From assembly GCA_027053075.1 (NCBI GenBank), contig JALUEE010000033.1:45781-109780 (forward strand): 64,000 bases of DNA, given 5' to 3'. Positions within the stretch are counted from its first letter, which is position 1. The number at the start of each line of letters is the position of its first letter. The notes under the pieces were generated by a model, which saw only the letters and a program-made list of their open reading frames with translations, did no database searches and was not told the origin of the DNA. The position numbers and the translations under genes were made by a program. Shown here piece by piece: positions 19,001 through 25,782 of the stretch. The stretch comes from a candidate division WOR-3 bacterium (GTDB lineage: Bacteria; Hydrothermota; Hydrothermia; B15-G9; WFZT01).

Positions 19001-20159
19001 CCTCAGGCTGATTGAGAAAGGATAGCTCATTACCTCTCGTAATGGGATGCCAGAGTGATAGATAATTTGGATCAATGTAGAGATCCACATGTGCAAGACT
19101 TTGGCCGGTCACCGGTACAGGTATTAGGGGAAAATTCTGGTCTAAGGACAAATCAACATACCCATTATTTGCCCTCTGCCAGGGGGTCTGGTAAATAGTT
19201 GCACTGAAACCGAGTATTGAAATGTAGTCCGCTTCCCTGTGATAGATATCCTCCCTGACATACACGTGTGAAATTTCGAAATATCCGGTGTCATTATTGG
19301 TAGCCAGTGGATCGACATTTATATGTAAAAAGACCGTGTCGCCACGATGCATCCAAAAGAACTGGTCGTGGTTTTGATGATATGTAGGATCGAGTGAAAA
19401 GGGCCAGGTAGGATCAATCTTTGCGTAAATCACACCATTTTGAAGCTTGTAGCCAATTCTTACACCCAAATCGAGGATATTGATGAGCCCGAGAAGCTCA
19501 GATTGGGCACTCTTGGGAACAGGATTGCCATGCTGGTCCCTTATGGTTTTACCTCCAGCAAACATGTCAGCTCCGACCGACGCGACATTGATCTCGTCTT
19601 CACCCCAAAGTGATTCGCCATACATGGGAAGAATCCCATTCTTCTTAACATTCAAACAAGCATCAATACCTATACCTACCGGCGTCTCCCACCATGATGT
19701 CCAAGTAGGAATCCCCCACCTAATTCTCAGGAATCTCTCCTCAAGCCCAATACCTGCCTGAAAACCATAGGCCGAATAAATTTCATACGAGCCTCCATAG
19801 TTTGGATCACCTGTATAGGCAGAATCTGTCTCAGCGACCACCTTGACTACAAAACTTCCCCCTGGCTGCACAGAGTCACTATCCCAGATGAATTTAAACT
19901 TGACACCGCCTTTCAAGTAATATGGATTGGCCCCTGCTACGAGATTTATATTTAGCCTATGTTGATTGGTGGGCATCGTAGGATACCAGATCGCTGGAGT
20001 TGTGTAGTCTATATCCATTGGCACCCCTGCTTGAGGGTCAGAGTCGTAATAGACATCGCGTTTGTATTCAACAGTTTTTATTTCACCATAAAGCGGTAAT
20101 TGAGTTATAAGAAACAAACCTACCCACAATAAAGGGAGACGGGATTTAAACATATCCAT
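13026..20159 (-). CDS. Giant (2377 aa) secreted surface protein with Ig/Fn3-like repeats and a T9SS C-terminal sorting domain
   Basis: Uninterrupted 7.1-kb ORF with an N-terminal signal peptide (LPLLWVGLFLITQLPLYG). It contains a CARDB-like segment, a carboxypeptidase-regulatory-like segment (GTVLDDHGNPAE...GHYEIDNVPA) and many ~90-115 aa beta-sandwich-like repeats with D.AGN / W.V motifs. The C-terminal tail FDLSVAPNPAHNSAKLTF...EGVYFIKVKAQGKVLIRKLIMLN is typical of T9SS type-A CTDs. Confidence 0.9.
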   Translation of the reverse strand: MDMFKSRLPLLWVGLFLITQLPLYGEIKTVEYKRDVYYDSDPQAGVPMDIDYTTPAIWYPTMPTNQHRLNINLVAGANPYYLKGGVKFKFIWDSDSVQPGGSFVVKVVAETDSAYTGDPNYGGSYEIYSAYGFQAGIGLEERFLRIRWGIPTWTSWWETPVGIGIDACLNVKKNGILPMYGESLWGEDEINVASVGADMFAGGKTIRDQHGNPVPKSAQSELLGLINILDLGVRIGYKLQNGVIYAKIDPTWPFSLDPTYHQNHDQFFWMHRGDTVFLHINVDPLATNNDTGYFEISHVYVREDIYHREADYISILGFSATIYQTPWQRANNGYVDLSLDQNFPLIPVPVTGQSLAHVDLYIDPNYLSLWHPITRGNELSFLNQPEVGGRTGVGLKVRNKGNITSHGYVVKFIFPDSTYVEDRRGFVTIPPGGHDDIAWVGPQWIHEGNAQIKVIIIPDSTEHDPNPHNDTLIINVFVRKHRITTLIALIDQTTGDTITPADSMFGQVLAVAWGQGYAERAVPDTTFNYWDRWVAFIPHDAEVNITAIPDSNHRGLYANSTRYVDMDTVSTDPFWIYIPILGKSAVKGTVLDDHGNPAESTQVVLGTFFYAYTDSLGHYEIDNVPANAGISGSPYYVRFYKPGYRIDSIPVYLTNFDTLILNHTLTNIDSIPPVGTVNISNVITKNTVIYFTAMDTFTQFGDTLPPSQVIVRDNGSTWQTFDYGNGFDYSVNWTMHTRTYNNEIDTIWVRFSDLAGNVSDSIMKVVTVDQTGPIGTFSINNGDSSTLNPTISITDVTIESTLVPVKSITIYESGNRTVTYPYSSGSTYSYTLSGSSGNHLINVIFTDSLGVSPHYPVSSAILLDYYGKLTINDDSTFTNSSTVDLTINAIGILASNSTISESFGEYPLAQSFIPHSDRIGAFSICIDNADSGAKVGIYSDTVVDGEHSPYQPLFLDTLHEDVGGWLTIQLPTPISVDSDTVYFIAIFQDSLGEYQNNIHVAVGSDTNYTEGHLYYSPMKKGLYWYPCGYDMGFRVMGAPDSMRISNDPQFATGTGWIPYSSSYPNWNLLAGEGRRTVYAEVKTASQVRSYHDDIIVDTTPPDTGWVTLLNHAPFLETTECTLNIYAIDGGSGMSSYRINNSLYPFPITAPFTVIYNVDSGAVGPRTISVTFKDKAGNEYHPPAITIDYDPSGPSGNVYLGSGFEASETVSVYIDLDKYKNKTVTVDSMKFSTNMRDWTPWMPFDAETSYIFNRVGPVALYVKLLDNYGKTSILRGTCIIDTTPPFRPINVRDEGDLTPSHDSLSFSWTCYGDYESLLDSFVIKISGDPSVQNVLYRFNVPPNVRSYRVGPMNLRGDSTYYAKVVAYNKVGLSSESDPTDGIRIMNGISHFNLISPSDSSTFGTSDTINLIWHQATDILSSITGYHVFIDSQMVATVTDTIWQVDFNLQNGWHWWFVVAEDSLLDQRYSDTLHFYVGILNPPPVPQILAPLDTIFNYDTVRFVWSPGVKVFKAIESIARADEAPDKKTSVNYTLQIATDSFFNNVIDTLVTTDTTALMTLPEGHFYWHVRASNQAGTSDWSDPARFAVDTTKPSAPAIISPQNDTLYNDTVTVIWSSSSDNFGIRMYQLNYWGAASGMIEATDTTATLILTTGTFYFAITAFDSACNVAVSDTAWFVIRHILPVPELVLPHNDSMTNNLQNMQFVWRSGSKNFVKTEIVRLRKTLELRNKSNRFFNFQLSLNDSSFTSTFYDDTLADTTLTLNIPEGRLLWRVREVDYQGNSSQWTSPWMLVGDTTGPTSPNLISPPDEDTISGTIHFIWSSSTDTLAGLAGYRLLVADNDSMANPVVDTTLSDTTFTLTSLNYGDWYWMVESFDSVGNMSPSGIRIFHHYAPLPVPTLVSPIGNTWTRSPVTLRWQVSTKDTLSYIVEVMVNGYPLIRDTVSEDSAIVTLPTGSYTWHVRTLYGGRTSDWSLRDSFRVDNEPPTASILLYPGYGYYITSFPYQFSWMPSHDTLSGLAGYRFLIADNPDMMNPEIDTTMMDTTYMLTSIGNGEWYWQVRSYDSAGNVSFSEIAVFYVDTIPPEPVVLIFPEDSSISSDPYGVWFCWHPTEKLVKKDGNKQTFYELYLADSTDTTIFAEISDTSYYYETTLHEGWYTWWVKAYDDAGNWSSSDVWTFAIDVTPPVIESTTIWHDTSFMGPYEIRTRVFDENGLRAVRLFYAFGESPRIFDSLDMVLDTANFYHAFIPQVQDTTTVNYFIYAIDNAHDPNEAYDPEDSIYHFRVILVNVGESDIIPHRFDLSVAPNPAHNSAKLTFSIPKSEDVEIVVYDAGGRAIFKKIESFTPGIKTYELRGNLKEGVYFIKVKAQGKVLIRKLIMLN
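13029..13274 (-). other. T9SS (Por) C-terminal sorting domain of the giant protein
   Basis: The last ~82 aa carry the pattern APNP..........F.........V.VYD..GR...........G.........L..GVYF.K. Confidence 0.75.
13626..16004 (-). repeat. Alternating A/B protein-repeat array (four A-B pairs) inside the giant ORF
   Basis: Counted from the translation. A units (91-98 aa) carry ISP..D....I.WSS..D...(G)Y. B units (90-114 aa) carry P.P.L..P....F.W......Y.L....DT..T..LP.G.Y.W.VR....S.WS..F.VD. The order is A1 B1 A2 B2 A3 B3 A4 B4. A3 and A4 are the closest pair by eye. Confidence 0.7.
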
Positions 20160-20397
20160 ACAACCCTCCTTCCACTTTCAAAGGAGGAGACATGAGGTGA
20201 ATCCCCAAAGCCCCAACCTTGAAAGTGTTTTGTAGCCGTTTCCCGAATTTTAAGACTCTCCATCTTCCTTGTCAATATAAGTAAATGTTTTGGAGTAATT
20301 ATTCACAATATTGTTAATGTCAAATTTAAATTTATTTCCGTTAGTCGGAAATCTAAACGTAGCTTATAATTAAGGCCAAACTGCGAGGAGGTTAAAA

Positions 20398-20904
20398 ATG
20401 GATAGACTCTGGGCACCATGGAGAATGAAATACATCCTTCAGGCTGACTTAAAGGGAGAAGGCTGCATTTTTTGCACAAAACCCGCTGAGAATAATGATG
20501 AGAAAAATTTTATTCTTTTTCGAGGAAGGCATGTTTTCGTTATCATTAATATCTTTCCCTACAATAGTGGCCACTTGATGATCGCACCCTACAGGCACGT
20601 TCCATCCATTGAGCACCTGACTGAGGAAGAAGTCACCGAGCTTTTTACACTGAGTCAGGAAGTGGTTAAAATTCTCAGAAAAGTACTTGATCCTGACGGA
20701 TTCAACATCGGGATGAATATCGGGCGTGTGGCTGGTGCTGGCTTTGACCAGCACGTACATCTCCACATTGTGCCAAGATGGAACGGAGACACCAATTTCA
20801 TGCCCGTTATTGCCGATGTAAAGGTGATTCCCGAAGCTATGGAAGATACCTACAAAAGGCTGAAACCCGAGTTTGATGAGCTCGAAAAAAGATGGAAAAA
20901 GTAA
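20398..20904 (+). CDS. HIT-family nucleotide hydrolase/phosphorylase
   Basis: 168 aa with the histidine triad HVHLHIVPRW. The N-terminal LWAPWRMKYI is common in the Ap4A-phosphorylase-like HIT subgroup. SD GAGGAGG lies upstream. Confidence 0.85.
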   Translation: MDRLWAPWRMKYILQADLKGEGCIFCTKPAENNDEKNFILFRGRHVFVIINIFPYNSGHLMIAPYRHVPSIEHLTEEEVTELFTLSQEVVKILRKVLDPDGFNIGMNIGRVAGAGFDQHVHLHIVPRWNGDTNFMPVIADVKVIPEAMEDTYKRLKPEFDELEKRWKK

Positions 20905-22058
20905 GAGTTAAGGGAAAATACTACTTCGGTCATCCATGGATTTACAGCAAAAAAGTTGTTGAGACAGGAGATGCAAGGCCTGGAGATTCTGTTCTCGTTT
21001 ACACAACAAGGGGTAAATTCGTAGGCTCGGCCCTCTTTAACCCCAATTCGACACTCGCTCTAAGAATTTACTCCAATAGTTACGTTGAGTTCGACTATCC
21101 TTTTATAAAAGAGCGGATTTTCAAAGCGAGGGAATACCGAGAATCTATCTACCCCGGCGCTTCGGCGTATCGTGTGGTCTTCGGTGAATCTGACTATCTA
21201 CCCGGACTGATTGTTGATAAATACAGAGACGGGTTGATCTTTCAAATTCTCTCCCTCGGAGTTGAAAAGAAAAAGCGAGAAGTGATTAATGCGCTTGTGG
21301 ATGTATTTAATCCTGCGTTCATCTATGAGAAAAACGATTCACTAAAACGCAACGATGAAGGGCTCCAGCCGATAAAAAGACTCGTTTACGGTGAGCTCTC
21401 CGGCCCTGTTGAAATAGAGGAAAACGGCATCAAGTTCCTCATAGATATTGAAAACGGGCAAAAAACTGGATTTTTCCTGGACCAGAGGGAAAATCGGGCA
21501 ATTGTGAGAAAATACGCAAATGGGGTTGAAAAAGCTCTTGACCTCTATAGCTATACAGGTGGGTTTACCCTTAACATGCTGCAGGTGGGGGCAGAGAGGG
21601 TGTTTGCCGTGGATCGCTCCTCCACGGCCATTAAACTCCTTGAAGAAAACGTCAAATTAAATGGTTTCGACCTCAACAGGGTAATCACATTTCATAAGGA
21701 AGTGGATGATTTTTTAAATGAGATGCTATTTTCACAGGAAAAATTTGACCTGATAATAGTGGACCCACCGGCCTTTACCCACAAAAGACGCTCAAAAGAG
21801 AACGCTATCAGAGGTTATATTGGGCTTCATGATGGAGTCCTGAGGGTATTAAAACCCGGTGGGGTGGTATTCACATTTTCATGCTCACAATATGTAGGTG
21901 AAGAAGACCTGCTTGATAGCTTTTATCAGGCAGCAAGGAATCAGAGAAGGCAGTTTTATGTTTTAGAAAAGTTGATCCAGGCAAAGGACCATCCTATTTT
22001 AACGGGATTCCCTGAGAGTTTTTATCTCAAAGGGTTTGTTTTGAAAGAAGTGCTTTAA
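20892..22058 (+). CDS. rlmI: Class I SAM-dependent rRNA methyltransferase with a PUA-like N-terminus (RlmI-like)
   Basis: 388 aa. GFFLDQRENR, the SAM-binding region LDLYSYTGGF and DLIIVDPPAF are typical of the RlmI/RlmK family. Confidence 0.75.
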   Translation: MEKVRVKGKYYFGHPWIYSKKVVETGDARPGDSVLVYTTRGKFVGSALFNPNSTLALRIYSNSYVEFDYPFIKERIFKAREYRESIYPGASAYRVVFGESDYLPGLIVDKYRDGLIFQILSLGVEKKKREVINALVDVFNPAFIYEKNDSLKRNDEGLQPIKRLVYGELSGPVEIEENGIKFLIDIENGQKTGFFLDQRENRAIVRKYANGVEKALDLYSYTGGFTLNMLQVGAERVFAVDRSSTAIKLLEENVKLNGFDLNRVITFHKEVDDFLNEMLFSQEKFDLIIVDPPAFTHKRRSKENAIRGYIGLHDGVLRVLKPGGVVFTFSCSQYVGEEDLLDSFYQAARNQRRQFYVLEKLIQAKDHPILTGFPESFYLKGFVLKEVL

Positions 22059-22069
22059 AGGAGGATGAC

Positions 22070-22978
22070 ATGAAAACAGCTTTTATGTTTCCCGGACAGG
22101 GTTCACAGTATGTGGGAATGGGTAAAAAACTTTACGATGAGTATCCAGAAGCGCGTAAGCTGATGGAAAGAGCAAATGAAATTCTCGGCTTTTCCATCAC
22201 CAAACTGATGTTTGAGGGACCCGAGAAAGAGCTTACAGAGACTAAAAACGCGCAGCCGGCATTGTACATAGCTGGTGCCGCAGCTTTTGAATTTCTGAAG
22301 AATGAAAAGGGTATGGGGCCGGATGTCACCCTTGGCCACAGTCTCGGCGAATTTACTGCCCTCTACGCTGCAGGTGTGTTTGACTTTGAAACGGGTCTAA
22401 AGGTTGTGAGAAAACGCGGTGAGCTGATGTCTGAGGCAGGAGCAAAATACCCCGGAACCATGGCAGCCGTGATAAGTAAGAAATCAATAGTGGAAATCGA
22501 GGAAATTCTTGAGAAGGTGAACGGTGTGGTTGTGGTCGCGAATATCAATTCTCGCGAGCAAATTGTGATTTCAGGAGAAATCGAAGCGGTGAAAGAGACC
22601 ATGAAACTACTAAAAGAAGCGGGAGCCAAAAGAGTCGTCCCCCTTCGAGTCTCTGCTGCTTTCCACAGCCCGCTGATGGAAGAGCCTGCCCGGGAATTCG
22701 CAGAATTTCTTGAGGGTGTTGAATTTAAAGAGCCTGAGGTACCGGTGATCCCAAACTTCACGGCAAAGGCCACAACAGATGTAAATGAGATCAAAAATGC
22801 ACTGAAAGATCAGCTCACAGGAAGTGTGAGATGGGTCGAGTCTGTTGAAGAGGCCCACAGACTTGGAGTTGAAAGGTTCATCGAAGTAGGACCGGGAAAG
22901 GTTTTAAAAGGGCTGGTTTCACGAATTTTAAGAAATGTGGAAGTCCTTAATTTCGAATCGCCAGGAGACATTGGATAA
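22070..22978 (+). CDS. fabD: Malonyl-CoA:ACP transacylase
   Basis: 302 aa with FPGQGSQYVGMG, the active-site GHSLGE and SAAFHSPLM. Confidence 0.95.
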   Translation: MKTAFMFPGQGSQYVGMGKKLYDEYPEARKLMERANEILGFSITKLMFEGPEKELTETKNAQPALYIAGAAAFEFLKNEKGMGPDVTLGHSLGEFTALYAAGVFDFETGLKVVRKRGELMSEAGAKYPGTMAAVISKKSIVEIEEILEKVNGVVVVANINSREQIVISGEIEAVKETMKLLKEAGAKRVVPLRVSAAFHSPLMEEPAREFAEFLEGVEFKEPEVPVIPNFTAKATTDVNEIKNALKDQLTGSVRWVESVEEAHRLGVERFIEVGPGKVLKGLVSRILRNVEVLNFESPGDIG

Positions 22979-23177
22979 TCAATATTAGAAAAGTTCTCCG
23001 GGGCAGTTTTCAATACTTCTGCTGAATTTGTGAAATGGCCTTGAGCTGAAGGAAATTTTCTGAAATCTCAAAAAATATGAACAACTTTAGATACCTCGAA
23101 AATCGCCTCTATATTGCTGGCAAATGGAGGGGGAACACTTTATAATAAATAAAATTTAAGTTTTTCTCTGAACTGTC

Positions 23178-23474
23178 ATGGAGGGAATGATTTATTCCGA
23201 ATATCATAAGAAGATTGAGCACTATACGAAGGCGCTGGGGCACATTACCAGGCTAAAAATCCTGAAATTTATCGCCAACGAATTCAAATCGGTAAATGAG
23301 ATTGCAAAAGAGATGGGACTTTCACATTCGGTGTGCTCTGCACATTTAGGTGTGCTCTGGCGTGCAGGATTGGTTGATAAGAAAAGGGTGAAAAATTTCT
23401 CTTACTACAAGCTGAATCCAGAAAGGTTTCAGAAAATTCAGGAAGAGGTGCGTAGCTTCATCCTCGGGGAATAG
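23178..23474 (+). CDS. ArsR/SmtB-family HTH transcriptional regulator
   Basis: 98 aa. LGHITRLKILKFI....SVNEIAKEMGLSHSVCSAHLGVLWRAGLV is a winged-helix ArsR pattern. Confidence 0.8.
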   Translation: MEGMIYSEYHKKIEHYTKALGHITRLKILKFIANEFKSVNEIAKEMGLSHSVCSAHLGVLWRAGLVDKKRVKNFSYYKLNPERFQKIQEEVRSFILGE

Positions 23475-23862
23475 CAATCTCCTATTTTTAGTGACTTTGT
23501 CTATCTGACCGTAATTATCTCGTTCTTAGATTAGCACCGATGTTTCCTCTATCAGGAAAGTGGCAAGGTTATGGTAAAATCCCGATCACCAATAAACAGC
23601 ATGTGTGATTGAGTGCATCTGGTATTTTCCCTGTGCAGACCTTTTCGATAGCCTGCACTTGTCCGGAAAAACCTTGGAAATTCCCCTCCTTCCTTTGGAA
23701 GGAGGGGGTAGGGGAGAACGGAAAAACGTATGAATCTAAGTTTTGCCAAACATAATTTTCCCAATCTACCCTGGCCCTGGATTCCACAAGGAAGACTGAG
23801 GTGACATTTTCCAACGCGCTTCGGGGTCTTGACATGGAAGATTAAGGTAATTAGTAAATATA

Positions 23863-24241
23863 GGGGTGGTGGTTCGGGTGGTCGCCTCGCGATGACGCGG
23901 GGAGGAAAGTCCGAGCTCCAGAGGGCAGGGTGCTGGGTAATCCCCAGGGGCATCAGGGGAGACCCTGATGCTACGGATAGGGCCACAGAAACGAGACCGC
24001 CGAAGGCTTATGCCAGGCAAGGGTGAAACGGTGGGGTAAGAGCCCACCAGGCTCCAGGGTGACCTGGAGTGCTGGCAACCCCCACCCGGAGCAAGGCCAA
24101 ACAGGGAGGGTACGGGAGTGGCCCGCTCCCATGAACTCCCGGGTAGGCCGCAGGGAGGTGTCGGGTAACCGGCACCCAAGACAAATGACCACCGCCCGCC
24201 TTACGGCGGGAACAGAACTCGGCTTATAGAACCACCACCCC
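23863..24241 (+). ncRNA. rnpB: RNase P RNA, bacterial type A
   Basis: The P1 stem is GGGGTGGTGGTTC (23863..23875), pairing with GAACCACCACCCC (24229..24241). Conserved blocks are present: GGAGGAAAGTCCGAGCTCCA, CCACAGAAA, GGGTGAAACGGTGGGGTAAGAGCCCACC and GAACAGAACTCGGCTTA. TTGACA (23829..23834) followed by 17 nt and TAGTAA lies just upstream. The ORFs called across this region are artefacts. Confidence 0.92.
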
Positions 24242-24256
24242 CTCCTTTTATCCCTT

Positions 24257-25555
24257 TCAAACGTCTTTTAGCTCACCCTTTAAAAAGGCGTCGTAAGCCG
24301 ATAGATCAAAGTAACCGTGTCCCGATAGGTTGAAAGCAATGACAATCTCATCGTCCACTTCTTTTGCAATATCTATTGCAGCCTTAACTGCATGAGCAGA
24401 TTCGGGAGCAGGCAGGATCCCTTCAGCCCTTGCAAATTCAATTGCTGCCTGAAATACCTCAGTCTGATGATAGGCACGAGCTTCGATCACACCATCCTTG
24501 TGCAATAGACTAACAAGCGGAGCCATTCCGTGATAGCGAAGACCACCAGCATGAATTGGAGGTGGCACAAATTCATACCCCAGTGTGAACATCTTCAATA
24601 GAGGTGTAAGTTTTGCCGTATCACCGTAGTCGTAATCATATTTACCTTCTGTCAGAGTAGGACATGCCTTGGGCTCAACTGCCACTACCCTCAGGTCTTT
24701 CTTTTCACCCCTGAGCTTGTCTCCTATAAACGGAAAAGTGAATCCACCAAAGTTTGAACCTCCACCCACGCAGCCAACAAGCACGTCAGGATAGACACCA
24801 ATTTTCTCAAACTGTTTCTTTGCCTCAAGTCCAATCACTGTTTGATGAAGGAGAACATGGTCAAGCACCGAGCCAAGAGAATAATTTGTATCCTTTGAAT
24901 TAGCGGCCTCATAAACAGCTTCACTAATTGCGATTCCAAGACTGCCGGGGCTGTCCGGGTCCTGCTCAAGAATATGCCTTCCTGGAGGAGTTTCATCGCT
25001 TGGGCTTGGAATAATCTGAGCACCATAACTCTGAATGAGGATTCTTCTGCCGGGTTTTTGAATGTAACTGATCTTCACCATATAAACTTTTACGTCAATG
25101 TCGAATAGGGAGCCAGCAAAGGCAAGGGCGGAGCCCCATTGCCCAGCCCCTGTCTCTGTGGTTAGCCTTGTTACACCTTCCATTTTGTTGTAGTATGCCT
25201 GGGCCACTGCAGTGTTTGGCTTGTGACTGCCCGGAGGAGATGTGCCTTCATACTTGTAAAATATATGTGCCTTTAGTCCTAACCTTTCGCGCAGGTTAGC
25301 AGCATAAAATAAAGGGGTGGGTCTCCACATCTCGTACACTTTATAAACAGGCCCCGGTATCTCAATTGTGGCCTCGAGAGAGACTTCCTGCTCTATAAGC
25401 GATTCAGGAAAGATAGCACTCAGGTCCTCAGGCCTTATGGGCTCCCTCGTCTGAGGATTGAGCGGTGGCTCCGGGAGCCTCGGAAGATCACTTTTTATGT
25501 TGTACCATCTTTTAGGTACCTCTTCAAGATATACTTTTCTCGGGAAATTTGCCAT
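24257..25555 (-). CDS. trpB: TrpB2-type tryptophan synthase beta-like PLP enzyme, stand-alone
   Basis: 432 aa, the long TrpB2 form. The PLP-lysine region is [10 protein letters not shown], and GGGSNFGG is present. No other trp gene is in the window. SD AAGGAGG lies upstream. Confidence 0.85.
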   Translation of the reverse strand: MANFPRKVYLEEVPKRWYNIKSDLPRLPEPPLNPQTREPIRPEDLSAIFPESLIEQEVSLEATIEIPGPVYKVYEMWRPTPLFYAANLRERLGLKAHIFYKYEGTSPPGSHKPNTAVAQAYYNKMEGVTRLTTETGAGQWGSALAFAGSLFDIDVKVYMVKISYIQKPGRRILIQSYGAQIIPSPSDETPPGRHILEQDPDSPGSLGIAISEAVYEAANSKDTNYSLGSVLDHVLLHQTVIGLEAKKQFEKIGVYPDVLVGCVGGGSNFGGFTFPFIGDKLRGEKKDLRVVAVEPKACPTLTEGKYDYDYGDTAKLTPLLKMFTLGYEFVPPPIHAGGLRYHGMAPLVSLLHKDGVIEARAYHQTEVFQAAIEFARAEGILPAPESAHAVKAAIDIAKEVDDEIVIAFNLSGHGYFDLSAYDAFLKGELKDV

Positions 25556-25619
25556 AGTACAACCTCCTTTTTGGGATTTTTATAAGGGGTATGAGTATGT
25601 TATCTGGGTAGAATTATTC

Positions 25620-25708
25620 GCATGGGGGTACTATTTGCCCCCATGCCACCAGAAGGGCCATGCAAGGAAGGTATAAGAAAAAGTAGACCCAAACATTGGG
25701 TTTATCAT
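25620..25708 (-). promoter_or_regulatory. Candidate Trp leader peptide ORF plus GC hairpin upstream of trpB2
   Basis: The minus-strand ORF 25708..25631 encodes MINPMFGSTFSYTFLAWPFWWHGGK. GGAGG lies 9 nt upstream. An internal ATG at 25696 sits 7 nt after a TATGAT -10 element. Tandem TGG TGG codons are at 25651..25646. A 9-bp hairpin GCATGGGGG/CCCCCATGC spans 25646..25620, and the stop codon is in its loop. Confidence 0.35.
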
Positions 25709-25782
25709 AATCCCCACCCTCCGGACCTGTCAAATAGACTTCATCAAAGGAACTTCATCCAATGTGGATTTCTTAAACCCCC

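Noticed and set aside
13065-19761. Plus-strand ORFs inside the giant gene (for example 13065..13652 at 195 aa and 18501..18977 at 158 aa)
   Set aside because: They are antisense shadows of a 7.1-kb uninterrupted ORF with a coherent domain and repeat structure. They have no SD sites and no recognisable motifs.
23475-23862. A riboswitch or leader interpretation of the structured region upstream of rnpB
   Set aside because: No protein-coding gene lies downstream on either strand for a cis-regulatory element to act on. It is retained only as an unassigned region.
23552-24229. Several ORFs on both strands across 23552..24229 (144, 137, 88, 73, 68 and 65 aa)
   Set aside because: They overlap the clearly recognisable RNase P RNA and its GC-rich helices. 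Their Pro/Gly/Arg-rich translations are typical of spurious frames through structured RNA.
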